Assembly (NCBI RefSeq): GCF_028641065.1
Contig: NC_073390.1
Coordinates: 39,866,001 to 39,930,000 of the forward strand
Direction of reading: 5' to 3'
Origin: Leucoraja erinacea
Lineage: Eukaryota
Length of the DNA: 64,000 bases
This document shows positions 1-11,627 of this stretch, piece after piece. Position 1 is the stretch's first letter; each line of letters begins with the position of its first letter. The notes under the pieces are model-generated. The model saw only the letters and a list, made by a program, of their open reading frames with translations, was not told the DNA's origin and made no database searches. The position numbers and the translations under genes are program-made.

Positions 1-6
1 CAAGTA

Positions 7-427
7 CAGTTCCACCACCGACTCCCCGGCACCCTCGGCTCCAGAGCCTTGCCGGATTATCCGTGTTGCCGGACCAACAGAGGGCGCGGCCTCCGAGAGG
101 AGTCCGACAGTTCTGGAACGTTCCGCCTGGGGGCCGAGATACTGCCCACAAAGTTGGCCTCGGGAGTCGGCTGTGGGAACGGATCTGCCGGCTCTGGCTA
201 GGCCAGAGTTCCAGAGCCCTGACCGCAGGGGGCAGATTCCACCCGCCGATTGGCCGCGGAAGTCCCCATGAGGTGGAGATCAGCCGCCTCAGCCGGCCTA
301 GGGGACACATTGTCCGGGGGACCCAGCAGGGAGGGGGGGGGGGGGGGGTTTCAAGTGCGGTCTGGCAATTTTGTCCGGATGAAAGGAGGTGCCGGGACAC
401 CAGCTGCCGGATAATCGGTGGTGGACC
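7..427. mobile_element. Tc1/mariner (Tigger/pogo-type) MITE
   Basis: TA|CAGTTCCACCACCGA...GCCGG at left and GCCGGATAATCGGTGGTGGACC|TA at right form imperfect terminal inverted repeats flanked by TA. Confidence 0.6.
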
Positions 428-494
428 TAAATTAACCGTTCATATATAAAATCACAGCCACAATTTACATGTCATTATGCAGTAACAATGTAAA

Positions 495-920
495 AATTAC
501 ATTGGATCAGAAGGTATTAGATACAAGGAGAGGTTGGACAGACTTGGATAGTTTTTTCTGGAATGTCGGAGGTTGAGGGGAGACATGATGGAATTGTGTA
601 AGGCAGATGTGGTGGACAGTCAGAACCTTTTTTCCAGCGTGGAAATGTCAAAGACTAGAGGGCGTAGCTTTAAGGTGAGAGGGGCAAAGTTTAAAGAGGA
701 TGTGCGGGGCTGTGTTTTTTACACAGAGCGTGGCGAGTGCCTGGACACGTTGCCAGAGGTGGGAATGGAGGCAGCTAGTGTTTAAGAGGCTTTTGGATAG
801 GCACGTGGATATGCAGGGAATAGAAGGATATGGATCACGTGCAGACAGATAAATTTAAAGGCATTGTGTTCGGCACAGACATCGTGGGTTAACGGGGCTG
901 TTCCTGTGCTGTACTGTTCT
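495..920 (+). mobile_element. CR1/HER1-type LINE 3' fragment (degenerate)
   Basis: Degenerate RRLRGDM...KTRGRSFKVRGAKFK ORF2 C-terminus followed by the ...GGGCTGTTCCTGTGCTGTACTGTTCTA tail. Confidence 0.75.
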
Positions 921-1035
921 AGAGAAGACAGACACAAAATGCTGGAGTAACTCATCGGGACAGGCAGCATCTCTGGAGAGAATGAATGGGTGACATTTCG
1001 GGTCGAGACCCTTCTTCATTCTGAAGGTAGTCTAA

Positions 1036-1812
1036 TAAGGTGTTGCATTTAGGGACGTCTAACCTGGGCAGGAACTACACAGTGAATGGTAGGCCTCTGG
1101 GTAGTGTTGTAGAGCAGAGGGATCTAGGAGTACAAGTGCATGGTTCCGTGAAGGTCGAGTCGCAGGTGGATGAGGTGGTCAAAAAGACTTTTGGCACTTT
1201 GGCCTTCATCAGTCAGAGTATTGAGTATAGAAATCGGGAGGTCATGTTGCAGTTGTATAAGACGTTGGTGAGACCGCATTTAGAATATTGTGTTCAGTTC
1301 TGGGCACCATGTTATAGGAAATATATTGTCAAGCTTCAAAGGGTTCAGAGAAGATTTCCGAGGATGTTGCCAGGACTAGAAGGTCTGAGCTATAGGCTGG
1401 GTCTCTATTCCTTGAAGCGCAGGAGGATGAGGGGTGATCTTATAGAGGTGTAGAAAATCTTGAGAGAAATAGATTGGGTAGATGCACAGAGTCTCTTACC
1501 CAGAGTAGGGGGATAGCGGCCAAAGAGGACATAGGTTCAAGGTGAAGGGGAAAAGATTTAACAGGAATCTGAGGGGTAACTTTTTCACACAAAGGGTGGT
1601 GGATGTATGGAACAAGCTGCTAGAGGAAATAGTTGCAGCAGGGACTATCGCAACGTTTATGAAACAGTTAGACAGGTACATGGATAGGACAGATTTGGAG
1701 GGATATGGACCAAATGCTGGTAGGTGGGACTAGTGTGGCTGGAATACGTTGGCCAGTGTGGGCAATTTGGGCCGAAGGGCCTGTTTCCATGCTGTATCAC
1801 TCTATGACTCTA
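1036..1812 (+). mobile_element. CR1/HER1-type LINE, 5'-truncated, disrupted RT C-terminus
   Basis: ORFs 1040-1453 and 1542-1733 (QRDLGVQVH, LYKTLVRPHLEYCVQFWAP, FFTQRVVDVWNKL, LDRYMD), then 3' tail GGGCCGAAGGGCCTGTTTCCATGCTGTATCACTCTATGACTCTA. Confidence 0.9.
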
Positions 1813-2076
1813 AATACAGATGAGCGTGGTCAGATTCGAGGTGAAAAAATTGAGTGCCAATCTATCCAAGTCATCTAAGCACAAAACGTTGGGTGTCAAC
1901 ATCCCATGCTAGACATTTGACATAATCAACAGAAAACGCTGGAAATGTTGAGCAGCTCTGTAAGCACCATGAAGAGAAAAACATGATTATCATTTCAGCT
2001 CTCAGCATAAATGTGGTTTTATTGTCTGTAGGAAAGATCTCCAGGACAATAGAGGATGGTTATTCACTGGGTGACA

Positions 2077-2450
2077 GGCACAAAAAGCTGGAGTTACTCA
2101 GCGGGACAGGCAGCATCTCTGGACAGAAGGAATGGGTGACGTTTCGTGTCGACACCCTTCTTCAGACTGGCTCGGGAATAAGGGAAACGAGACATATAGA
2201 CAGTGATGTAAAGAGATAAAGAACAACGAATGAAAGACATGCAAAAAAAGTAACAATGATAAAGGAAACAGGCCATGGTTAGCTGTTTGTTGGGTGAAAA
2301 TGAGCTTGCCTAACCAGACCTGAAGAAGGGTCTTGACCTGAAATGTCAGCCATTCCTTCTCTCCAGAGATGCTGCCTGCCCCACTGAATTACTCCAACTT
2401 TTTGTGTCTATCTTCGGTTTAAACCAGCACCTGCAGTTCATTCCTACACA
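2077..2450. mobile_element. Penelope-like-derived fold-back mini-element with hammerhead-like cores
   Basis: Inverted copies of GCTGGAGTAACTCAGCGGGACAGGCAGCATCTCTGGAGAGAAGGAATGGGTGACGTTTC at each end, with hammerhead-like cores on both strands. Confidence 0.7.
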
Positions 2451-2661
2451 TTCTCCAGGTGACAATAGGTTGACTACAGTGGTGGGGTGAAAGTGCAGAA
2501 GGTATTGGATTGATATTCCACTCTGGCACTGGTGGGAATTGAATTCACAATTCTGGACTCAGTTGAGGTCAGTTCACTGATCGAGTAACTTAACCACCAT
2601 ACTGATGGGTGATCTTATCGTGTGTAAAGTCAAGTGGGGAAGAGACCAGGTGAATACACAG

Positions 2662-3170
2662 TGTTTAAGAAAGAATTGCAGATGCTGGAAAAATCGAAGA
2701 AAGACAAAAATGCTGGAATAACCCAGCGGGTCAGGCAGCATCTATGGAGCGAAGGACGTTTCGTGTCATGACCCTTCTTCACTGATGTGGGGGTGGGGGG
2801 CCGTGAAGAAGAGGCGGAGACAGTGGGCTGTGGGAGAGCTGGCAGGGGAGGGGAAAAAGGGAGAAAGCAGGGACTACCTGAAATTGGAGGTCAATGTTTA
2901 TACCGCTGGGGTGTAAACTACCAAAGCGAAATATGAGGCGCTGCTCCTCCAATTGGTGGTGGGACTCACTCTGACCATGGAGGAGGCCCTGGACAGAAAG
3001 GTCGGATTCGGAATGGGAGGGGGAGTTTAAGTGCTGACCACTGGGAGATCAGGTTGGTTATTGCGAACTGTTGGGCGAAGCGATCGCCAAGCCTGTGCTT
3101 GGTCTCGCCGATGTAGAGCAGCTGCCACGTAGAGCAGCGAATGCAGTAGATGAGGTTGGAGGAGGTGCAC
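2662..3170 (-). mobile_element. Penelope-like element fragment (GIY-YIG endonuclease plus pseudo-LTR)
   Basis: CTSSNLIYCIRCSTWQLLYIGETKHRLGDRFAQ (GIY-YIG), followed on the same strand by a decayed hammerhead core and the shared tail. Confidence 0.85.
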
Positions 3171-3617
3171 AGAGTGCACAGAGTCTTTTTCCCAGGGGAG
3201 GGGAATGAAGAACCAGAGGACATGGGTTTAAGTTAATTGGGGAAAAGATTTCACATTTCCATGAGGGGCAACTTTTTCACATTGAGGATGTTGGGAATAT
3301 GGATTGAGCTGCCAGAAGAGGTAGATGAGGCAGGTACAATAACAATTCTGCTCCTATCATTTATGATCTTAGATGGGGGCATTTTGTTTGGCAAGAACCA
3401 GTTGGGCCAAAGGGCCTGTTGCTGTGCTGTAGTACATATGTAATTGTTCTGTTGCCGATACATATGACAATTAAACTCTCTTGACCCTAACTTTTAAAAA
3501 CATGTGAATTGTTAAACTATTTCTAATCTAACAAATGTATTTCTAACATCTACTGTGTTGGATTTGTTTCACAGCATTTGTGATTTATTTAATCTGTGAT
3601 GGTAGCAACTCCTGTGT

Positions 3618-3815
3618 AAGAAAGAACTGCAGATGCTGGCTTAAATCGAAGGTAGATACAAAATGCTGGAGTAACTCAGCGGGTGAGGCAGCATCTCTGG
3701 AGAGAAGGAATGGGTGACATTTCAGTTTGACTCTGAAGAAGGGTCTCTACCCCATTCCTTCTCTCCAGAGATGCTGCCTGTCCCGCTGAGTTACTCCAGC
3801 GTTTTGTGTCTATCT
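3618..3815. mobile_element. Penelope-like-derived fold-back mini-element with 19-bp TSD
   Basis: Inverted arms, flanked by ATGGTAGC(A/G)ACTCCTGTGT at 3599-3617 and 3816-3834. Confidence 0.8.
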
Positions 3816-4014
3816 ATGGTAGCGACTCCTGTGTTTTCCATGGTGTTGCTCAGACAAGGAGGATGTGAATAAAGATCCATGAGGATAGACATGAAATGTG
3901 AATGTCACGAGAGTACAAATAGGGATTAAGACAAGATCTTGTGAAACAGAAGTGTCTAAATTAATTCTAAAACTTAAACTCAGATTTGCCACCTGCAGCA
4001 TTCCTTTCCCTTAC

Positions 4015-4153
4015 CTAGTGGTGAGATGTTTATAACATAGCCGTCCCCCAGGTAGAGAGCCCAGTGTTGGTACGCAGGGCGGAATATTTCAATTAAGTCC
4101 CCAGGGTGGGGATCCCCAGGGTGGTCCACACTAAAGTGGTCATTAGAAGCCAT
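4015..4153 (-). CDS. PLAAT1: Phospholipase A and acyltransferase 1 (HRASLS), first coding exon; downstream exons lie left of the window
   Basis: Minus strand tttcag|ATG...CCACTAG|gtaag, 139 nt. Translates [46 protein letters not shown], matching the PLAAT1 N-terminus including HWALY and the PLAAT1-type Asn (VIN) in place of the second catalytic His. Confidence 0.93.
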
Positions 4154-5045
4154 CTGAAAGGGAAAATACCAATCAACTTGTGCTACGCTAATTACATTTG
4201 GTAAGACTCAACATAATTGATCAAAACGTCCTCATTTAACGTGACACCCGTTTCCGCCCACGCCCCAAAGTCGTGCGGGCTGGCAGCTTAATTGTCCCTC
4301 TGTTAAATTGCCCCTCATGTGTAGGGAGCGGATGCAAAACTGGGATAACATACAACTAGTGTGACCAGATTATGTCGGTGTGGACTTGGTGGTCCGAAGG
4401 ACCTGTTTCCGCGCTGTATATACTTCTACCAGGTCTCTCCTCGACCACCAACGTCCCAGAGACATGTTTGTGCAACAATCCACGTTTGTCCAACCTCTCC
4501 TTACAACTAAGCATCCAGAATCAGTACCCCGTGCAACCTTCACATGGTCCGCCCTGTTTCAACGAATGCAATCAACCCGGCGTGCACAATCAAATAAGAT
4601 CAAATAGTACAAGTTGTCCTACAACTTTAGGCTGTGCACGCCATACGCAAGCAGAAGATGGGCTCAGTCTGCCATGTGGCTTAATTTAGTGTAATTGGTG
4701 AACTGTGACATTATTCCTCCCATGGCTCCTAGCCTTGCATTTCTGTTCATCTCAACGCCTTCAACGCCTTCCTCTGAATGTTGGCAGATTAATTTCCCAG
4801 CGGGATAAATATAGTTGTATCGTATCATATCGTGACAGAGGGGCTTTTGGAGAAGGACTGGCTTGGTTCCTCCAGCACTTTGTGCTTTGTTCTAACCATG
4901 GCTTGTTCCTGTACATTTGTTCTCTATCTGCTGCTTCTTGTGTCGCCACACTCTAACTTCCATTAGCACACAGTCATAGAGCTGTACAGCACGGAAACAG
5001 GCCCTTCGGCCCACCTTGTCTATGCTAATCAAGTTGGCATACTGG

Positions 5046-5355
5046 GCCAGAACAAGAGGTCACAATTTAAGGATAAGGGGGAAATCTTTTAGGACCGAGA
5101 TGAGAAAAACATTTTTCACACAGAGAGTGGTGAATCTCTGGAATTCTCTGCCACAGAAGGTAGTTGAGGCCAGTTCATTGGCTATATTTAAGAGGGAGTT
5201 AGAAGTGGCACTTGTGGCTAAAGGGATCAGGGGGTATGGAGAGAAGGCAGGTTCAGGATACTGAGTTGGATGATCAGCCATGATCATATTGAATGGCGGT
5301 GCAGGCTCGAAGGGCTGAATGGCGTACTCCTGCACCTATTTTCAATGTTTCTATG
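5046..5355 (+). mobile_element. CR1-type LINE 3' end
   Basis: RTRGHNLRIRGKSFRTEMRKTFFTQRVVNLWNSLP plus the GGCTCGAAGGGCTGAATGG tail. Confidence 0.85.
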
Positions 5356-5399
5356 ATCCGCTGAGTTACTCCAGCATTTCTGTCTATCTCAAGAAACTT

Positions 5400-5790
5400 T
5401 TGGCTCATAGCCCTCTAAACCCTTCCTATCCATATATCTGTTCAAATGTATTTTAAATGTCGTAATTGCATCCACTTCGACAGCTTCCTCTGGCAGCTCC
5501 TTCCAGATACAGACTACCCTCTGAGTGGAAAGGTTTCCCCTGAGGTCCCTCTTCAATCTCGCCCCTCTCACCTTAACCCTGTGCCCTCTAGTTTTAGAAT
5601 CCTCTACCCTGAGATAAAGACAGTGAGCGTTCACTTTATCTGTGCCCCTCATGATCTTGTACACCTCAATAAGGTCACCCCTCAGCCTCCTACACGCCAA
5701 AGAACAAACTCCCAGCATATCCACCCTCTCTCTCCCTGCAACTCAAGCCCACAAGCCCAGGTAACATCCTGGTGAATCTCTGCTGCACCC
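5400..5790 (-). mobile_element. CR1/HER1-type LINE 3' fragment
   Basis: ORF 5389-5724 RRLRGDLIEVYKIM...HLNRYMD. Confidence 0.85.
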
Positions 5791-5865
5791 TTCATGTATC
5801 ATGTAATTCCTGTGCTTTTCAGTCAGGGAAATGATATTTTGGGACAGTTACAATTGAAAGATTCT

Positions 5866-6155
5866 ATTTAGTTTAGATACAGCATGGAAACAGGCCTGTC
5901 GGTCCACTGAGTCCACTCCGACCAGCGATCACCTGCTCACCCTAGTTCCATGTTATCCCACTCTCTCATCCACTCCCTACACTACAGGACCAATTAACTG
6001 ACAAATCTGCACGTCTTTGGGATGTGGGAGAAAATCTGAGCAAACCCATGCGGTCACAGGGAGAACGTGCAAACTCCACACTGACAGCACCCATAGTCGG
6101 GATCGAACTGGGGTCCCTGGCGCTGTTAGGCAGCAGCTCTACCCGCTGCGCCACT
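5866..6155 (-). mobile_element. tRNA-derived V-SINE (HE1-like)
   Basis: Minus strand GTGGCGCAGCGG (A box)...GTTCGATCC (B box), central V domain, LINE-derived tail. Confidence 0.75.
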
Positions 6156-6417
6156 TTATTCAAATATATATATAACTATAGGTCAACTTCCAAATCATCA
6201 ACCGTATTAAATCAACTAATTGAAGTGGAGGCTCGTGAATGATTAAAACAATTGATATTAAACTCCACCCAATATTGGAGACTTCATTCACTCCAAGTTC
6301 ATGAGTTCTAGGGTAGGCACAAAATGCTGGAGTAACTCAGCGGGACAGGCAGCCCCTCTGGAGAAGGAGGTGGCATTTCAGGTAGAGACCCTTCTTCAGA
6401 CGGATCTAGGTTCTAGG

Positions 6418-6990
6418 AGCAGAGATAGACCATTCGGCCTGTGAAGTCTACTCCACCGTTCAATCATGGCTGATCTATCTCTCCCTCCTAAACCCATTCT
6501 CCTGCCTTCTCCCCATAACCTCTGACACCCGCACTAATCAAGAATCTATCTATCTCTGCCTAAATATCCATTGACTCCACAGCGTTCTGTGGCAATGAAT
6601 TTCACTGATTCACCATCCTCTGTCTAAAGAAATTCCTCCTCATCCCCATCCTAACGGAACGTCCTTTAATTCTGAGGCTATGATCTCTGGACCTAGACTC
6701 TCCCACTAGTGGAAACATCCTCAACACATCCACTCTATCCAAGCCTTTCATTATTTTCTAAGTTTCAATGAGGTCCCCCCTCATTCTTCTAAATCAGCGA
6801 GTACAGGCCCAGTGCCGCCAGACGCTCATCATAGATTAACCCACTCATTCCTGATATCATTCGGCCCATCAAGTCTACTCCACCATTCAATTATGGCTGA
6901 TCTATCTCTCCCTCCTAAACCCAATATCCTGCCTTCTCCCCATAACCTCTGACTCCCGTACTAATCAAGAATCTGCCAATCTCTGCCATA
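6418..6990 (-). mobile_element. CR1-type LINE 3' fragments (two tails)
   Basis: Repeated CCATTCGGCCCATCAAGTCTACTCCACCATTCAATCATGGCTGATC tail plus degenerate ORF2 end. Confidence 0.75.
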
Positions 6991-7233
6991 AAAATAACCG
7001 TATAAGTTGTACAAGGTAGACAAAAATGCTGGAGAAACTCAGCGGGTGAGGCAGCATCTATGGAGCGAAGGAAAAAGGCGACGTTTCAGGTCGAGACCCT
7101 TCTTCAGACTGAAGTTGTATATGTTGTATAAGTTGTACAACACGCACCCACTAACTGACCACAAATGCTTGCTGTTCTTTCCTGGTTTAACCGAGTGGAA
7201 CATTTGCCACTCGGCATTGTAAAGCTGACTTAC

Positions 7234-7400
7234 CTTGGTGATCCGAACATTCCACTCGGTTGTTCAGCGTTGGTCTGGTTAAAGACTGAGGTGACTGCTC
7301 TGCGGAAACACTTTGTGAAGTTTTAAAGCAGTTTGGAGCTGGTATGCAGATGTGGGTCCGTGGCTGCATGACTGGCTCGCTGTCTGTGCTGTGGGCTTAG
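7234..7400 (-). other. Candidate non-coding 5' exon of PLAAT1 (upstream boundary uncertain)
   Basis: Consensus donor CAAG|GTAAGT on the minus strand in non-repetitive sequence upstream of an ATG exon that begins directly at an acceptor. In-frame stop 30 nt upstream of the donor indicates UTR. Confidence 0.5.
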
Positions 7401-8124
7401 CCCACCCAACATTGTTATGGTAATTCTGCGTGAACGTGAAGAGTCGTCATTTTCTGTGCTATTATTTTCTGGAATTCAATTCACGCACCATGACAACAAA
7501 ACCTCATTCCATGAGGTTCCTATTTCTGTCCATGAAATGTAAGTCAACCTGCCTCTAATCAAGCAGAAATGTAGGAGCAAAAGGACACCAGATGCTGGTT
7601 TATACTAAAGATAGACACAGAGTGCTGGAGTAAATCAGTGGGTCAGACAGCGTTTCTGGAGAACACGGAGGCTGAAGAAGTATCCCGACCCAAAACCATG
7701 TTTTCCAGAGATGCTGCCTGACCCGCTGAGTTACTCCAGCACTCTGTGAAACGTCATCTATCCATGGTCTCCACAGATGCTGCCTGAACCGCTGAGTTAC
7801 TCCAACACTCTGTGTCTTCAATCCAGGTCAGATCTATCATTAGTTTTTAAAATAACTATTCTTGGTTTTCTTTTGTAAGTCACGATGTATTACTATTCTG
7901 ATAAGTATTTTGAGCACTGGTAATTTCCCTAGTAACGTCCTAAGCACTTAACAGACTCTCGAGGTCCTTGGAATATATTTTGTATATTTTCACATTTGGC
8001 ACGGACATTGTGGGCTGAAGGGCCTGTTCCTTGCTGTACTGTTCCATATTCTCTGTTCAAGCATTTAGACGATAATAACGATTGATTCAAATGTCACTGC
8101 ACGACAATCTCGATGACATTTTCG

Positions 8125-8815
8125 TGAAGGGTACAGAGAAGTTTCACGAGGATGTTGCCAGGACCTGAACTAGAGGGAGAGGTTGAGCAGGCTAGGCGTC
8201 CATTCCCTGCAGTGCAGGAGGATGAAGGGCAATCTTATAGAATAGACTCATCTATAGGAACAGATCAGGTAAACACACAGAATATCTTGCTCTGAGTAGA
8301 GAGATCAAGGACCAGAGGACATAGGTTTAAGGTGAGGGGGGAAAGATTTAATAGGAACCTGAGGGGTAACTTTTTCATACAAAGAGTGGTGGGTACGTGG
8401 AACAAGCTGCCAGAGGAGGTAGTTGTGGCAGGTACTTGATACTTGATATTTGGCAGATAGATTGCAAGTGGAGAGGATGTTTCCACTAGTGGAAGAGTCT
8501 AGAACTAGAGGTCATAGTCTCAGAATTAAAGGACGTTCTTTTAGGAAGGAAACGAAGAGCAATTTCTTCAGTCAGAGAGTGGTGAATCTGTGGAAACCTG
8601 GATTGAATGGCCGGGTAGACTTGATGGGCAGAATGGCCTAATTCTACTCTTATTCCGTATAACCTTCGCAGCATTTCAGAAACATTTAGACAGGTACATG
8701 GAGGGATATGGACCAAACGAGGGCAGGTGGGAACAGTGTAGCTGGGACATGTTGGCCAGTGTGGGCAAGTTGGGCCGAAGGGCCTGTTTCCACACTGTAT
8801 CACTCTACGACACTG
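8125..8815 (+). mobile_element. Nested CR1-type LINE 3' fragments
   Basis: RTRGHSLRIKGRSF and KHLDRYM motifs with two different LINE tails. Confidence 0.75.
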
Positions 8816-9896
8816 TGAATTATTCAATGTCCCCTTGATGCTTATGCTTGAGTTTAGTTGAGGTCAGTAGACCAGGAGATTCCAGCTGTAATTCTTCAAA
8901 TGTTCCACCTCACTAAAGAACCTCTTCATGGGATCAACATCAGAATCATGCTGGGACTAAGTGGAGCGGTGATCTATTTATCATTTTGGGGAGGAGCAAG
9001 AAAGCATAAGAGGATCACATGAAGATTAAAAATGAGGTCAATTTGGATTATCATTGATATAATATTCTAATCTGGAATCACAGGCTCATTTAAGAATCGC
9101 AGGAGATCTCTATTAAGCGATATTAATTCTTTAGCCAGAGGGTGATGAATCTGTGGAATTCTTTGTTGTGGAGGCCAAGTCAATTGATACATTTAAGGCA
9201 GAGATAGATAGATTCTTGATTAGTACAGGTGTCAAGGGTTGTTGGGAGAAGGCAGGAGAATGGGGTTAGGAGGGAGAGATAGATCAGCCATGATTGAATG
9301 GCGGAGTAGACTTGATGGGCCGAATAGCCTAATTCTGCTCTTAACACATGAATGTATTGCCAGAAATTAGGAAATTGAGACATTCTTTGGTGAAATCGAT
9401 GAAGGTAGATTGTACATTCCTTTCACAACTGTACATAGACATTTATGCGTGGCAGACAACATAATCACTTCTCTTTCAGCAGAGAGAAGCGTTTAGCCTT
9501 TGTTTAAATGCTGAGAGGGACCTCGTGGTTTCTGGAATGTGCATTTGTCAGTTAGAACATGTTCATGAATTTACTAAAGTGTCATCAGCAGTTAGGGACA
9601 ACAATGACCCTGAGAATGATTACCCACACGCTGGCCACATTAGCAACATGCTGAGGTCCTCCAGCACTTTGTGCATTGCTCAGGATTCCAGCACCTGCAG
9701 TTCCTTGTGTCTCCATGGTCAGAGTATTTATCATTCAGATAGGTGAAAGTATAGAAAGATTGCTAATCACGTTAGGATTGCATTTTACACTCAGCTTCAG
9801 CGAGAAAGAATGGGCCCATGTCTAATGTCATAAACCTAAAGCAGGGGTAAAATTACCCCCAGGGGGTAAATTTGTTGATTCTGGAACTTAATATAA

Positions 9897-10218
9897 AAGC
9901 CCTGTCCCATTGTACGAGTTCATTCCAAGAGCTCCTGAGTTGATTAAAAAAAAAACAAACTCGTGGTAAGCACAGAGAAGGAATGTAGCGGGTACGTCGG
10001 AGCTCGGGAATGTCTCTTAGCGCTAACGGCAGGTACTCGGGAAGACTCACTAACGGCAGGTAAGCACGGGAAGACTTGTGAAGATTTTTCAACATGTTGA
10101 AAAATGTCCACGAGAGCCCCGAGTACCGACGAGTGGCCATTACCGTAAATCTCCGAGTTCGAATCAAGGCAAACACGGGAGAGCTCTTGGAATGAACTCG
10201 TACCATGGGACAGGGCTT
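9897..10218. mobile_element. PIF/Harbinger-type MITE with TAA TSD
   Basis: 38-bp TIR AAGCCCTGTCCCATTGTACGAGTTCATTCCAAGAGCTC / GAGCTCTTGGAATGAACTCGTACCATGGGACAGGGCTT (1 mismatch), with TAA on both sides. Confidence 0.85.
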
Positions 10219-10377
10219 TAATAATGTTAAAAACAGTATTTTAACATTTTCCCTTTGTCGGCTGCTTTATTATGATAGAAGTGTCAACTCAAATTGCTGA
10301 ACAAAACAGGATGGGGGTAAATTTACTTTCGAAAAGTTGCCAGGGGGTAAATGGGACGAAAAAGGTTGGGAACTCTG

Positions 10378-11010
10378 CTTGAAAGTGCCCACCACCAGAC
10401 TCAGGAACAGCTTCTTCCCCTCTGTTATCAGGCTTCTGAACGGTCCCTCCATAAGCTAGAGTTCTGTCCGATTCACCTCGATCCCATTTCGGACATTGGA
10501 CTTTGTCTCTGGAACTGATGAACTTCAAGTCCAACAGGCAGAGCAAGGGGGAAGAGACAGAGTGCAGAATATAATTCTCAGCAATGGGGTGGAGGTGAAT
10601 CGGACAGTACCCTAGCTTATATGGCCTGAGCTATAGGGAGATATTGGGCAGGCTAGGACTTTATTTCTTGGGAGTGCAGGAGGCTGAGGTGTGATCTTAT
10701 AGAGGGGTATAAAATCATGAGGGGAATATGGAAGGACCGTTCAGAAGCCTGATAACAGAGGAGAAGAAGCTGTTCCTGAGTCTGGTGGTGGTGCGCGCTT
10801 TCAAGCTTCTGTACCTTCTGCCGGACGGGAGTGGGAAGAAGAAGGAATGACCGGAGTGGGACAAGTCTGTAATTATGCTGGCAGCATGAGGTGTAGATGG
10901 AGTCAATGGTGGGGAGCCTGGTCTGTGTGATGGACTGGGTTACATCTACAATTTGACTACTTCTCGTGGTCTTGGGCAGAGCTGTTCCCAAACCAAGCTG
11001 TGATGAACCT
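10378..11010. mobile_element. Rex1/Babar-type LINE 3' fragments in both orientations
   Basis: HSFFFPLPSGRRYRSLKARTTTRLRNSFFSSVIRLLN on the minus strand, with a partial plus-strand copy at 10378-10520. Confidence 0.7.
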
Positions 11011-11408
11011 CAACAATACACTTTATATGGAGTATTTAAAATGGTGCTGGAATTTATAGCTGTGCCTACTCCTCTTTCGTGGAGCTTGTAAATAAAAGAA
11101 CGCTGGTCAGATGAGACACACAGCACTGTGCCCAGCATTTAATGTCACTGATGATGTAGTTTCCATTTGAGAACAATCAATTATAGATGAGGTGATACAG
11201 TGAAGAACTGCATTTACAAGGATAGTAGGAAGATGTCAGCTTATTTTGTGGAACTACATTATTATCTCTGTATTTTAAATAAAAACACAAGAATGCTGGA
11301 AATTCTAGGATTGGCACTGCGGTTATAAAACGTTACTGAATGATGTTTCTTTTTAGATTTGGGTTAAGGTTTATTATTGGAACATGTACCAAGGTAAAGT
11401 GAAAAGAC

Positions 11409-11627
11409 ACAGAGTGCTGGAGTAACAGCGGGTCAGGCAGCATCTGTGGAGAACATGGATAGGTGACGTTTCACAGAGTGCTGGAGTAACTCAGCGGTTC
11501 AGGCAGCATCTGTGGAGAACATGGATAGGTGACGTTTCACAGAGTGCTGGAGTAACTCAGCGGGTCAGGCAGCATCTGTGGAGAACATGGATAGGTGACG
11601 TTTCTGATCTGGACCTTTCTTCAGACT
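11409..11627 (-). repeat. Three 64-66-bp tandem units plus hammerhead-like head (PLE-derived)
   Basis: Unit GAAACGTCACCTATCCATGTTCTCCACAGATGCTGCCTGACCCGCTGAGTTACTCCAGCACTCTGT on the minus strand. Confidence 0.9.

Noticed and set aside
1040-1733. Host protein-coding gene
   Set aside because: Broken CR1-type RT C-terminus ending in a LINE tail.
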